64,000 bases of DNA from Gammaproteobacteria bacterium (GCA_963662545.2 CAXXLL010000002.1:800001-864000); one strand, 5' to 3'. Shown: positions 30,508 to 41,060, counted from the stretch's first letter. The notes: generated from the letters alone by a model not told the origin. Numbers and translations are program-made.

Positions 30508-31251
30508 ATGCCGAACTTTCCGCCAAGTGGCGACCGGGAAGCTGAAGAAGGCAAGGTTTCTGCAGACGAATTAGACCGCCTTATTATCAGTCATGGTTTA
30601 TGGCTTTCGTCTGACGGTCGGGATGGGGCGAAAATGGAAATGCCGGGCGCCAATATCATTTACGGTGGATTTTCGCAGGCGGACCTGCGAGAAGCGAATT
30701 TGGCGGGCGCTTGTTTGTTCAATGCCAATTTGCGGGAGTGTAATCTTGCTCATGCCAACTTGGCGCGAGCTAATTTGGAAGGCGCCAGCATGGTCAACGT
30801 TGATCTTTCCAATGCCAAGCTTGCACGTGCCAAGCTCGACACAGCCGTTATCCCCGGCGCCAACTTCGAAAATGCCGATCTGACAGGCGCATATTTGCGG
30901 ATGACCAACTTGCTGAGCGCCAGATTTTTTCACACCCGAATGCGTGGCGCCGATCTGACCGACGCCAATCTCGCGGGCGCCACCGCGCGCGAAAGCGATC
31001 TTGATGAGGTCGATCTCACGGAAGCCAAGCTCATGATGGTCGATTTTTCAGGTACCAGCCTGAGAGGGGCGGTTTTTGCCAGAGCCGTGATCTTCGGCGC
31101 GACTTTAGACGGGGCCGACCTTTCGGACGCTGATTTGAGGTCAGCTCAAGGTCTAAACCAGGAACAACTCGATGCGGCCTATGGCAATAGGGGCACGAAG
31201 TTGCCCGCAGAGTTTGCGGGGCATGCCATGACCGAAAAACTCTCTAGCTAG
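30508..31251 (+). CDS. Pentapeptide repeat protein
   Basis: Many A(D/N)Lxx repeats. Confidence 0.9.
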   Translation: MPNFPPSGDREAEEGKVSADELDRLIISHGLWLSSDGRDGAKMEMPGANIIYGGFSQADLREANLAGACLFNANLRECNLAHANLARANLEGASMVNVDLSNAKLARAKLDTAVIPGANFENADLTGAYLRMTNLLSARFFHTRMRGADLTDANLAGATARESDLDEVDLTEAKLMMVDFSGTSLRGAVFARAVIFGATLDGADLSDADLRSAQGLNQEQLDAAYGNRGTKLPAEFAGHAMTEKLSS

Positions 31252-33084
31252 TGTGCATCCCTAAACGCGATGCGGTTGAAATAAAAAGGAAAATTTGTCG
31301 CTTAAGGGATCGAAACCTCCGGTGGGTCGTGATCTAATGGAACTTCAAACCTCTGATTTTCCACACAATCATCGACACCACAGGAGGGGGAATGCGTCAG
31401 AAACGCACGGCCCAAGTATATACGAGCTGTTTGCTGACCATGACCTGGGGCGAGAGCTGCAGGGCATGTCCGAGTGGCTCGATGCTCACCCCAAGGTCCT
31501 CACGCCGGTCATGAACGATCTGTGTCGGCGGGGTTTGAAGCCCACCGGTCGACGCGGACTGTCGGCGGAGTCGGTGCTGCGCTGCGCGGTGCTCAAGCAG
31601 CACCGGCATTCCGAGTGGCTCGATTCACCCCAAGGTCCTCACGCCGGTCATGACGATCTGTGTCGGCGGGGTTTGAAGCCCACCGGTCGACGCGGACTGT
31701 CGGCGGAGTCGGTGCTGCGCTGCGCGGTGCTCAAGCAGCACCGGCAATTGAGTTACGAGGAGCTGGCCTTTCACCTGCAGGACTCGGCGAGCTTTCAGGC
31801 CTTCGCCCGGTTGCCGGGTAATGAACGTCCGAAGAAGTCTGCCTTACAGCGGGTGGTCTCGGCGATCCAGGTATCGACGTGGGAGTCTATTCATCGCGCC
31901 CTGCTGGCGACGGCGAAAGAGACGCGCATTGAGCCGGCACAGCGTGTACGGATTGATAGCACGGTAACGGACAGTGCCATCCACGCGCCGAGCGACAGTC
32001 ATCTGCTGTGGGATGGCGTGCGTGTTGTGGTTCGTCTGCTCGCACAGGCGCGCGAGTTGCCTGGCGCGCCGGAGTTGTGCTTCGTGAACCACACTCGATT
32101 GGCGAAGAAGCGTGCGCGGGCGCTGTGGTATGCGCGTGGTGCGAAGCAACGCCAACGTCTGTATCGCGATTTGATTGGGGCGACGCGTTCAACCTTGGAA
32201 GCGGTAGCGAGGGTACGTGAGCAGCTGCTGAGCCCGGGCGTCACCGGCGTTGAACTGCCGGACTGGCTAGCGCAGGTAGCGCACTACGAAACACTTGTTC
32301 TGCAGGTGATTTCGCAAACTGAGCGGCGGGTGTTCGGCGGTGAGAAGGTCCCCGCGAGCGAGAAGTGCGTGAGCTTGTTCGAGCCGCATACCGACATCAT
32401 CATAAAGGGTGCGCGCGACGTTCAGTACGGACACAAAATCAATCTGGCTTCGGGGCGCAGTGGCCTCATCCTCGACGTGGTCATCGAGCGAGGCAATCCG
32501 GTCGATAGTCAGCGCTTCATGCCGATGCTCGAACGGCATCGAACACACTACGGGACGATGCCACGACAGGTCGCCGCCGATGGCGGCTATGCGAGCCTCG
32601 ACAATCTCCGGGCGGCGAAAGCAGAAGGCATCGAAGACGTTGCCTTCCACAAGAAGCGCGGGCTCGCGATCGCCGACATGGTCAAGAGTCAGTGGGTCTA
32701 TCGACGCTTGCGCAACTTCCGCGCCGGCATCGAGGCCGGTATCTCCTGCCTGAAGCGTGCATACGGATTGGCACGTTGCACCTGGAAGAGCCTGCCGCAC
32801 TTCGAAGCCTACGTGTGGTCTTCTGTGGTCGCCTACAACCTCAGCCTGCTCGCGCGCTATCAACTCGAATAGCGACGTTCACTCGCACTAACTGACCTCC
32901 TCGATATCGTCGAACGGGCGACTTTGGGTTGCAGCGCTCTGCGGCCGGCGAACGTACTCACAATTACGCTCGAAGAGCCCTTCGACCCCCACCGAACCGC
33001 CGCTACCGCTCCAACAACCTACTTTCAACACCTCGATTTCTCCGTGCCCATCGAAGAAAATGCCTGTTTATGGACGGACACTAG
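31248..33084 (+). mobile_element. ISNCY-like (DDE) insertion sequence, damaged
   Basis: IRs TAGTGTGCATCCCTAAAC / TAGTGTCCGTCCATAAAC (15/18); CTAGCTAG on both flanks. Exact end versus TSD boundary is ambiguous. Confidence 0.8.
31392..32872 (+). pseudogene. ISNCY-like transposase with 5' frameshift and internal ~140-bp duplication
   Basis: AGGAGG RBS and MRQKRTAQ out of frame with IYELF. RIDST, SLFEPHT, ADGGY and FRAGIEAGISCLKR motifs. Duplication at 31463-31746. Confidence 0.8.
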
Positions 33085-33480
33085 CTAGGCATCCTCGCCT
33101 TTTTCCGACCAGTCCGCCGCCGCCCCCGATTTCGCGATTTCCTGAATCTGGGCGCTTTCCTGTCCGATCAGCCGTTCGATCACGGTCAGACGGTCTTTCA
33201 GTTGCTCGACCGGGCCGAGCAAGGCCGTATACCGTATCAAAATAGCGGCCAAGGCCTCCACCACGAGCAGCGGATCGTCCTTATTTTCTTCGAGGAATTT
33301 GTTGGTATGGCGGAAGAGTTTTTCCACCATTTCCTGCTTTTCCGCGAGACCTCCGGCGCTTTCAGGCTGGCTAGACCCCGCAGCATCGTTTTTGCTGGTC
33401 ATTTTTGCGGAGCCTGGGCTCGAATCGGCTTGCGGTTCCCCTCTATTTGTCGAACTCGATCTTTTCGCCATAACCGTCAT
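33085..33480 (-). CDS. Small hypothetical protein divergent from the monooxygenase operon
   Basis: 131-aa ORF with disordered N-terminus and helical C-terminus; no family recognised. Confidence 0.55.
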   Translation of the reverse strand: MTVMAKRSSSTNRGEPQADSSPGSAKMTSKNDAAGSSQPESAGGLAEKQEMVEKLFRHTNKFLEENKDDPLLVVEALAAILIRYTALLGPVEQLKDRLTVIERLIGQESAQIQEIAKSGAAADWSEKGEDA

Positions 33481-33656
33481 CTACTCTTGCGTCGCCGGGC
33501 GGGAAACATATACTTTATAATCAATTAGCGAACAATTGGCACAAAGTGAAATGCTTCCGGGGCGGGTGCGGTAACAGGCCGTCGCCACGGGGGTAAATCT
33601 CGCCAAAAACCCTGTTCGGCGCCAGAACGTCGGCCGGCCAAGCGGAGAGTATAAAC

Positions 33657-35321
33657 ATGTCGGGAAATCTCACACTTTCTAAGATCGTCAAGCAAAAGGG
33701 CATCAGCATCACTGAGGCGACCAGGCGGATCGCAGACTTGGGATGGGCACCGTCCTATTTCGAGGAAGTGCTGAAATACCCGACGGATTATAAAGTTGAG
33801 AAAGCACCCAAGGACCCGATGAAGCAGGTCCTCAGATCCTACTTCCCCATGCAGGAAGAGAAAGACAACCGGGTTTACGGCGCACTGGATGCGGCGCTGC
33901 GCGGCGACATGTTCCGTAACGTCCAGCCCCGCTGGATCGAATGGCAGAAGTTGTTCCTGGCGATCATACCGTTTCCGGAAATATCAGCGGCGAGATCGAT
34001 GGCCATTCAGTCTCAGATCGCGCCCGGGGAAGACCTGCGTACAGGTTATACGATGCAGATGATCGACGAGTTCCGCCACTCGACAATCCAGATGAACCTG
34101 AAAAAGTGGTACATGGAAAATTACGTCGATCCGGCCGGCTTCGACATTACCGAGGCCGCGTTCGGCAAGTGTTATGCGACCACGATCGGGCGGCAATTCG
34201 GCGAGGGCTTTATTACCGGCGACGCGGTAACCTCGACCAATATTTATTTACAGGTGGTAGCGGAAACCGCATTTACCAACACCTTGTTCGTCGCCATGCC
34301 GTCAGAAGCCGCTCGCAACGGTGATTACGCTTTACCAACGGTGTTTTTGTCCGTCCAGTCGGACGAATCACGGCACATTGGCAATGGTCACTCATTCCTG
34401 ATGTCGATCGTCAAGGAGCCCGAGAATCTCGATCTGTTGGAGCGGGATTTGCGCTACGCGTTCTGGCAGAACCACGCCATCGTGGACGCGGCGATCGGCA
34501 CCATCGTTGAATACGGCACCAAAGATCGGGACAAGAACAAGGAGTCCTATGCGGAATTGTGGCACCGCTGGATCTTCGACGACTACTACCGCACCTACCT
34601 GCTCCCCTTAGAGAAATACGGGGTAAAAATTCACCATGACGATATCGAAGCAGCCTGGGACCGGATCGTGAAAGGGAATTACGTCCATAAGGTGGCGCAG
34701 TTTTTTTCGTTCGGGTGGCCGGTCGCGTTCTGGCGCATTGACGGTATGGTCGACGAGGATTTTGAATGGTTCGAAGCCAAATACCCCGGCTGGTACAACG
34801 AGTTTGGTCAGTACTGGAAGAATTATGTAAAGGCCAGTCTGCCCAATCAACCGCCGTTGATGTATCTCGATTCGGGCTACGTTTATCCCCACCGCTGCTG
34901 GAGTTGCAACGTGCCGGCACTGATCCGGGAGGATTTCTGCGTTGATGAGGTGGAGGGCGAACTTTACACCTACTGTTCAGAGATTTGCCGGTGGACCCAT
35001 AAGGTCGCATTCGCGGGTGAATACAATGGTAGACCCACCCCAGCCATGGGCCGTTTCAGCGGCCGCCGCCAGTGGGAAGAGTGCTATCACGGCTGGGATC
35101 TGGCGGACGTGGTGAAGGATCTTGGATTTGTCCGGCCCGACGGCAAGACCGTTATCCAACAACCCCACCTACACTTCGAAGACGACAAAATGTGGACATT
35201 GGACAACTTCAAGGGCCTAGAAGTGCGCAGCCCGCTGCTGGACCTGCGGGCCATGTCGCCGGAGGACCGCGAAACACACATTGCGGAATACCGCGCCGGC
35301 TTCACCGAAAAGCCGATCTAG
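33657..35321 (+). CDS. prmA: Soluble di-iron monooxygenase alpha subunit (group 5, propane monooxygenase-like)
   Basis: Di-iron ExxH motifs DEFRH and DESRH; KDPMKQVLRSYFPMQEEKD; C-terminal YHS-like region TYCSEIC. Confidence 0.95.
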   Translation: MSGNLTLSKIVKQKGISITEATRRIADLGWAPSYFEEVLKYPTDYKVEKAPKDPMKQVLRSYFPMQEEKDNRVYGALDAALRGDMFRNVQPRWIEWQKLFLAIIPFPEISAARSMAIQSQIAPGEDLRTGYTMQMIDEFRHSTIQMNLKKWYMENYVDPAGFDITEAAFGKCYATTIGRQFGEGFITGDAVTSTNIYLQVVAETAFTNTLFVAMPSEAARNGDYALPTVFLSVQSDESRHIGNGHSFLMSIVKEPENLDLLERDLRYAFWQNHAIVDAAIGTIVEYGTKDRDKNKESYAELWHRWIFDDYYRTYLLPLEKYGVKIHHDDIEAAWDRIVKGNYVHKVAQFFSFGWPVAFWRIDGMVDEDFEWFEAKYPGWYNEFGQYWKNYVKASLPNQPPLMYLDSGYVYPHRCWSCNVPALIREDFCVDEVEGELYTYCSEICRWTHKVAFAGEYNGRPTPAMGRFSGRRQWEECYHGWDLADVVKDLGFVRPDGKTVIQQPHLHFEDDKMWTLDNFKGLEVRSPLLDLRAMSPEDRETHIAEYRAGFTEKPI

Positions 35322-35429
35322 GGGTGCCAATTTCAGGAGGATCGGTGCATTCAAGCGCCGATTTTTTGCGTCCGACGCAATTATTTTTCGATCCGTGCGG
35401 CGATTAAGCGGCAAAATGGATTTCTGCTT

Positions 35430-36458
35430 ATGACTCATTCCGTTCGGCTCGAACCCATCGGTGTGGAAATGGAGGTGAACGAAGACGAGACCGTTCTCCA
35501 AGCCGCGTTTCGTCAAGGTATCGCGCTGATGCACGGCTGTAAGGAAGGGCAATGTTCCTCATGCAAGTCCGTGCTGCTAGAAGGTGACGCCGAACACGAG
35601 GACTTTTCCACCTTCGCTTTATCAGAGTCGGAACAGGAAGAGGGTAAAGTCTTATTGTGCCGCCTGTTCGCCTACAGCGATCTGGAAATTGAACTGCTTA
35701 ATTACGACGAAGAAATCCTGTCCAACTGGATTCCGGCCAGGAAGCTAGCAGGTAAGATCGCGGCCATTGAAGTCCTGACCCACGATATTCGGAAATTCGA
35801 CATCGAATTAGACGAAGCGATGAAATTTAGTGCCGGCCAGTATGCGGATATTACGATTCCGGGCACTGGAGTGACCCGGTCCTATTCGATGGCCAATCCA
35901 CCGAGCGAAGAAAAATCTCTTTCCTTGATCATCAAAATCTATCCGGAAGGAGCCTTTTCAGGCCTGCTCGCCAATCGCTTGAATGCGGGAGACCCGATAG
36001 AGGTTGAGGGACCCTTTGGCACGAGCTTTCGAAATCAGAACCATGATGGACCGATGCTGTTGGTGGGCGGCGGAGCGGGCTTGGCGCCCCTGTGGTCCAT
36101 CTTGAACGACCTTGCGGAAAGCGGCGTGCAGAAACCTGTACGGTTTTTTTACGGCGCCCGCGCAAAGCAGGATTTGTTCTACGTTGACGAGATTACGGCT
36201 ATGGCCGAAAAACTCGACGATTTTGAATTCATTCCAGCCTTATCGGAAATGGCCACGGGCGATGATTGGGACGGCGCGACCGGTTTCATCCATGAAATTG
36301 TCGAACGCAGCTACGCCGCTACCGGACGTGACGACACCTTTGAAGCCTATGCATGTGGACCGCCACCGATGGTCGATGCGGTTCTGCCGGTTTTCCAAAA
36401 AATTGGAATCGACGCCGACAATATACATTTGGACAAATTCACTCCGGCGACAGATTAA
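35430..36458 (+). CDS. prmB: SDIMO reductase ([2Fe-2S]-FAD/NAD)
   Basis: HGCKEGQCSSC..LLC ferredoxin, RSYS, GGGAGLAP and CGPPPM motifs. Confidence 0.93.
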   Translation: MTHSVRLEPIGVEMEVNEDETVLQAAFRQGIALMHGCKEGQCSSCKSVLLEGDAEHEDFSTFALSESEQEEGKVLLCRLFAYSDLEIELLNYDEEILSNWIPARKLAGKIAAIEVLTHDIRKFDIELDEAMKFSAGQYADITIPGTGVTRSYSMANPPSEEKSLSLIIKIYPEGAFSGLLANRLNAGDPIEVEGPFGTSFRNQNHDGPMLLVGGGAGLAPLWSILNDLAESGVQKPVRFFYGARAKQDLFYVDEITAMAEKLDDFEFIPALSEMATGDDWDGATGFIHEIVERSYAATGRDDTFEAYACGPPPMVDAVLPVFQKIGIDADNIHLDKFTPATD

Positions 36459-36519
36459 GTCCCGCAACAGACCAAGCCCGGGTTGGAATTTTTCTCGGGC
36501 CATGTGAAAGAGAGAAACT

Positions 36520-37587
36520 ATGGCACAAACCACACCCAAATCCGGCGCTGCGGGGAGTAGTACGTTTTCGGGATCCGATAGCCGCCGCTACAATTATTTC
36601 GAACCCGAGGGCCGCCGGGCCACGGTATACGAAGACGTCACTGTTGACGTTCAGCCGGATCCCAGTCGCCACCTGCTACAGGATTGGATCATTTCCTTCG
36701 CCGATGGGCGGCCGGCTTTTAGCGAAAAGTCGACTGCCGTTAAGTGTTCGGATTGGCATGTTTTTCGCGCGCCGGACCAAGAATGGGAACGAACCCATTA
36801 CCAGCGACAGAGCCACATCGAAAACACGATCAAAATGGTTGTCGATAATGCCCGGAGTGCCGGGGCACCAGGCCGCTTTGAAAAAGGCTGGGTGTCCGTA
36901 CTTCAGGATCAATTTGGCGCCCTAAAGCATGCGGAATTCGGTTTGGGTGTAGCGTTGACCAAAGCGCAGCGCGACGGGATGACCCAAATGATCAATAACG
37001 CCATCCTCACCAATGCCTCCTACAAGTTACGACTGGCCCAAGACATCACCCTGTATTTGGGCGACATCGGTTTGGACATCGAAATTGACGGCGACGCCGG
37101 TAAAAGAACCTGGTTGGAAGACGAGGCTTGGCAAGGGGTTCGAAAAGCGGTCGAGGCCATACTGGCAGCCACCGATCACATTGAGGTCTATTTTGCCGTC
37201 AATGTCGTCTATGAAGCGCTAGTTGGTGAGCTGTTTCGCAGTGGCTTCATCATGCGCGCGGGCCCTGCTCACAATGATTATGTTACACCCTCGGTTATTT
37301 CGGCAGCAGGAAGTGATTATCGGCGAAATCTGGCCAACACGCTCACCCTGTTGACCATGCTAACCGGCGATTCCGAACACGGCGACGCCAACAAAAAGAT
37401 CATGGTGGGCTGGCTGGAAAAATATGTTCCCTTGTGCACTGAGGCGGCAACACAATTGAAGTCGGTATGGGGCCTGCAGAGCAATGGCGATTTGGAATTT
37501 GACAGCGTCTTTGCGGACGCAAAGGGCCGGTTCAAGGACATCTTGTCGGAAATCGAAGTCAGTTTACCGGATGGTATAGCGCTATGA
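36520..37587 (+). CDS. prmC: SDIMO hydroxylase beta subunit
   Basis: YEDVTVDVQPDP and DWHVFRAPDQEWERTHY motifs; operon position. Confidence 0.93.
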   Translation: MAQTTPKSGAAGSSTFSGSDSRRYNYFEPEGRRATVYEDVTVDVQPDPSRHLLQDWIISFADGRPAFSEKSTAVKCSDWHVFRAPDQEWERTHYQRQSHIENTIKMVVDNARSAGAPGRFEKGWVSVLQDQFGALKHAEFGLGVALTKAQRDGMTQMINNAILTNASYKLRLAQDITLYLGDIGLDIEIDGDAGKRTWLEDEAWQGVRKAVEAILAATDHIEVYFAVNVVYEALVGELFRSGFIMRAGPAHNDYVTPSVISAAGSDYRRNLANTLTLLTMLTGDSEHGDANKKIMVGWLEKYVPLCTEAATQLKSVWGLQSNGDLEFDSVFADAKGRFKDILSEIEVSLPDGIAL

Positions 37588-37922
37588 GCATTCAAACTTT
37601 CAAGGATTTGAACCGCGAAGATACGGTGTCGCACAAATGCGGTGTCACGATGAACGACAGCGTCGACTCGCGGGTCATAGCTGAGGTCATGCAGGAGAAG
37701 CCGGGGGTCGAGGTGCTCCATTACCCGGCGATGATCCGCATAGATGGGGAAGGTAAGATGACCTTTGATATGGAGGAATTGAGTGAGGCCCTGGGGAGAA
37801 CTTTCACCGCCTATGATTTCGAAGTCGTCATGTCGACCCATTACGGGCGCATGGTCATGATCGACGAGAATACCGTCGTGTTATTTGGTGATATGGACGA
37901 GGTTCTCAAGTACGAGGAATAG
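37584..37922 (+). CDS. prmD: SDIMO coupling/effector protein (MmoB/DmpM family)
   Basis: CGVTMND, PAMIRIDG and MSTHYGRMV motifs; ATGA overlap with the beta gene. Confidence 0.93.
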   Translation: MSIQTFKDLNREDTVSHKCGVTMNDSVDSRVIAEVMQEKPGVEVLHYPAMIRIDGEGKMTFDMEELSEALGRTFTAYDFEVVMSTHYGRMVMIDENTVVLFGDMDEVLKYEE

Positions 37923-38132
37923 GAAGGCCCCAATCCTTGAGCCGAAACCGGAAGTAGCCGGCCTGAGGGAATGGGCACGATAAGCATCTGCGCTGGGCCG
38001 CTGGGGACACTACCCGCCGGCACCCGCGGCGCGGTCAATCCAACTGATCTCCGTGTTGACGAACGAATAACACCGGTCCGGTGTAGGGCAGCCGAGATCG
38101 GACCAAGGCGGAATCCAAGGGAGGCGTGAGGT

Positions 38133-39767
38133 ATGCCGAAAATGATGGTCTTCGACCAGGACGCGCGTGCCGCATTGGGCCGCGGCGTCAAACTACTGAC
38201 GAGGGCCGTGCAGTCCACCCTCGGTCCAAAAGGGGGAAATGCCATCATCGATGTTCCGATCGGAACGCCCATCATCTCGCGGGATGGGGTGAGCATCGCC
38301 GCTGAAATCGAGCTTGAAGACCGTTACGAAAACATGGGTGCTCAGGTCGTCAGGGAAGTCTCCAAGAGGACGAATGAAGTGGCGGGTGACGGCACGACGA
38401 CCGCGACGGTTCTCGCCAATGCTTTGATTCAAGAAGGCTTCAAATCTCTGGACGGCGAGGTATCCGCGATCGATCTTGTGGACGGCATGAATCTCGCCGT
38501 GGCAAGCGTAGTTGAAATCCTCAAAAAATCGGCGGTGCCCGTCTCCGATATTGAGGATGCAGCGTCATCCGTCGCGATTATTGCGGCGAATGACGAAACT
38601 ACGGGGCTGCTGGTTGCCGAAGCACTGGAAAAAGTCGGGCCGACGGGCATTGTTACCGTTGATATTGGTCTGACGGTCGACACCACCGTCGATGTCATCG
38701 AGGGCGCGTCCTACGAGCGTGGCTATGTTTCCCACCACATGGTCAATGATGTGGAGTCCATGCAAATCCATTTGGATGCCCCCCTGCTCCTGCTGACGGA
38801 CCTTGGACTCGGGTCTGCCGAGGAGGTTGAGAGCCTGCGTGCCTTGGCAATAAAAGCTGGAAAACCCATGCTGGTTATCGCCGAAGATTATTCCGTGGAG
38901 GCCGTTGCGGCCTTGCTCGACGATTCTAAGGGTCCCGCCATCGTCGCCGTGCATCCACCTGAATATGGAAAATGGCGTCAGGCCATGATGGAAGATATCG
39001 CCATCATGACCGGCGGCCGGGTGTTCGTGAAAGAACTGGGCGGTCACTTTCGGGACGCCACGGTCGCTGATCTTGGAACGGCTATGCGAGTCAAGATCTC
39101 CGCCGACACGACAGTCATTTCCGGCGGCGGCGGTAGCGTGGACCAAATCAAGGGCCGAGTGGAGCAGATTCGCCGCCAACTGGCGATCAACGAGGTGCCC
39201 ATCGAAGAGGACAAATTTAACGAACGATTGGCCAAATTATCGGGCGGGATTGCCGTTATCCACGCGGGCGGCGCCACACCGGTGGAACAAAAACGCCGCG
39301 TGCATCTGATCGAGGATGCCTTGAATGCGACCCGGGCGGCATTGGAAGAAGGGGTCGTGTCGGGCGGTGGTACCGCCTTGATCAGAGCGCTGGGGGCCGT
39401 GGAGCAGATCATCGCTGATTCGTCCGGTGGGATCAGGGAAGGCGCTGACGTAGTCAGGCGATCCCTTACCCAACCCCTTGCTTGCATCGCGCAAAATAGT
39501 GGGGTCGATCCTGCGAACGTGGTCGAAAAGGTAATGACGGCGGAAGATAGCATTGGTTACAACGCTCGGACCGGAAAGTTCGTTGATATGATTGATGCTG
39601 GAATCATGGATCCGGTAAAGGTCACCTACACTGCCTTGCTCAATGCGGTGTCCGTGGCCGCCCTGATTTTAACGGCCCAAACTCTGATTGCGGATATACC
39701 GGAATACGACGATCCGACCGCCGGCCCGGCCCGCGGAGGCGGTGCTGAAAAATATGGGATGCAATGA
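38133..39767 (+). CDS. Divergent GroEL-like chaperonin dedicated to the SDIMO (PrmG/MmoG-like)
   Basis: TLGPKG, AGDGTTTATVLA, ERLAKLSGG and DPVKV motifs; no GGM tail and no groES nearby. Confidence 0.9.
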   Translation: MPKMMVFDQDARAALGRGVKLLTRAVQSTLGPKGGNAIIDVPIGTPIISRDGVSIAAEIELEDRYENMGAQVVREVSKRTNEVAGDGTTTATVLANALIQEGFKSLDGEVSAIDLVDGMNLAVASVVEILKKSAVPVSDIEDAASSVAIIAANDETTGLLVAEALEKVGPTGIVTVDIGLTVDTTVDVIEGASYERGYVSHHMVNDVESMQIHLDAPLLLLTDLGLGSAEEVESLRALAIKAGKPMLVIAEDYSVEAVAALLDDSKGPAIVAVHPPEYGKWRQAMMEDIAIMTGGRVFVKELGGHFRDATVADLGTAMRVKISADTTVISGGGGSVDQIKGRVEQIRRQLAINEVPIEEDKFNERLAKLSGGIAVIHAGGATPVEQKRRVHLIEDALNATRAALEEGVVSGGGTALIRALGAVEQIIADSSGGIREGADVVRRSLTQPLACIAQNSGVDPANVVEKVMTAEDSIGYNARTGKFVDMIDAGIMDPVKVTYTALLNAVSVAALILTAQTLIADIPEYDDPTAGPARGGGAEKYGMQ

Positions 39768-39860
39768 TCACATTACGCGTCGAAATCGTAGAGCCAATCG
39801 GCGGGCATAGGGTTCGATCAATCAGACCTGTGACGGCATGGCGCTAGATAAGCGAAAACA

Positions 39861-40895
39861 ATGATCGAATGGTTTAAATCGTCCATGTCGCGACGCGCTT
39901 TGTTCGGGACGGCGCTGGTCGCCGGGGCGGGAACCAGTGCCCTTGCAAAAGCGGCGCACGCTGGAAAGATGATAACGGCGGGTGAGGTTGATAATGCCCG
40001 GAACGGTTTCGATCCGCACGACATCTTGACCGATTGGGACACCGGCACGGTGAGTCATCGGCCTGATGGCCGGCGCGTCCGGTATTTCGAAGTGTCGGCG
40101 ATGGATCGTGAAATTGAGATCGCGCCTAACTTGATATTTTCAGCTTGGACTTATAACGGCCGTGTTCCAGGACCGACCCTGCGGGTAACGGAAGGCGATA
40201 TCGTTCGAATTCAGTTCACGAATCAGGGCACCCACGCGCACACGATTCATTTTCACGGAATTCACTCGGCTCGCATGGACGGTATACCAGGGGTCGGAGA
40301 GATATTGCCGGGCGAGATTTTCGTTTACGAATTTGAAGCCCAACCTTTCGGGTGTCATTTGTATCACTGTCACTCCACGCCTCTCCGGCGACACCTTCAC
40401 AAGGGGCTCTACGGGGCGTTTATCGTCGATCCGGATCCAGACCGCCACCCCGAGGCGGAGGACGTGGCCCGGTCCCGCCTTTTAGGAACGGAGGAAAATG
40501 ACCTGTGGCAAGAGTTTCTCATGGTCATGAACGGGTTTGATGTGAATTTCGACGAGAAAAATGAGGTCTACGCTGTTAACTCGATTGCCCACGCATTTGC
40601 CAAACGGCCGATTAAGATTGACCGGCAGCGTCCGGTGCGAATTTACCTGATTAACATTACTGAATTTGATCCCGTCAATTCATTTCACCTGCACGCCAAT
40701 TTCTTCCACTATTACGATCATGGCACCACTCTCGAGCCGACATCCAAAACCATCGACACGGTAATGCAGTGCCAGGGTCAGCGAGGTATCCTGGAGTTCA
40801 GTTTCAAAGATCATGAAGCGGGCATGTACATGTTCCATGCCCATCAGACCGAATTTGCCGAACAAGGCTGGATGGGCTTTTTCGAGGTGTCGTAG
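39861..40895 (+). CDS. Tat-exported two-domain multicopper oxidase
   Basis: SRRALF Tat motif; HTIHFHG, YHCH..HLHKGL, FHLH and FHAH copper motifs. Confidence 0.9.
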   Translation: MIEWFKSSMSRRALFGTALVAGAGTSALAKAAHAGKMITAGEVDNARNGFDPHDILTDWDTGTVSHRPDGRRVRYFEVSAMDREIEIAPNLIFSAWTYNGRVPGPTLRVTEGDIVRIQFTNQGTHAHTIHFHGIHSARMDGIPGVGEILPGEIFVYEFEAQPFGCHLYHCHSTPLRRHLHKGLYGAFIVDPDPDRHPEAEDVARSRLLGTEENDLWQEFLMVMNGFDVNFDEKNEVYAVNSIAHAFAKRPIKIDRQRPVRIYLINITEFDPVNSFHLHANFFHYYDHGTTLEPTSKTIDTVMQCQGQRGILEFSFKDHEAGMYMFHAHQTEFAEQGWMGFFEVS

Positions 40896-40898
40896 TTA

Positions 40899-41060
40899 GG
40901 AACCTTTGAATAAGTCATGGTGCGTCTGAATGGTTCATGCAATTGTGCGGATCAAGGCACGAATCGCCGGCCATAGCGCGGACTAGGGCTGAGGTTCGTA
41001 ACGCCGAACTGCGCGATATCATGGGCAAGGCGGTTGTGCCATGACTTATTCAGAGGTTCC
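40899..41060. mobile_element. 162-bp MITE, copy 2 (TTA TSD)
   Basis: Same IRs (one mismatch) and same length as 22743-22904; TTA at 40896-40898 and 41061-41063. Confidence 0.9.

Noticed and set aside
33537-33555. Possible sigma54 promoter TGGCACAAAGTGAAATGC upstream of prmA
   Set aside because: GG-to-GC spacing is 13 nt rather than the required 10.
38133-39767. Housekeeping groEL
   Set aside because: Divergent sequence, no GGM tail, no groES, and it lies within the SDIMO operon.
22743-41060. The two MITEs as ends of one composite transposon carrying prm
   Set aside because: Each copy has its own TSD (TAA vs TTA), the copies are diverged, and the interval includes the core gene djlA.
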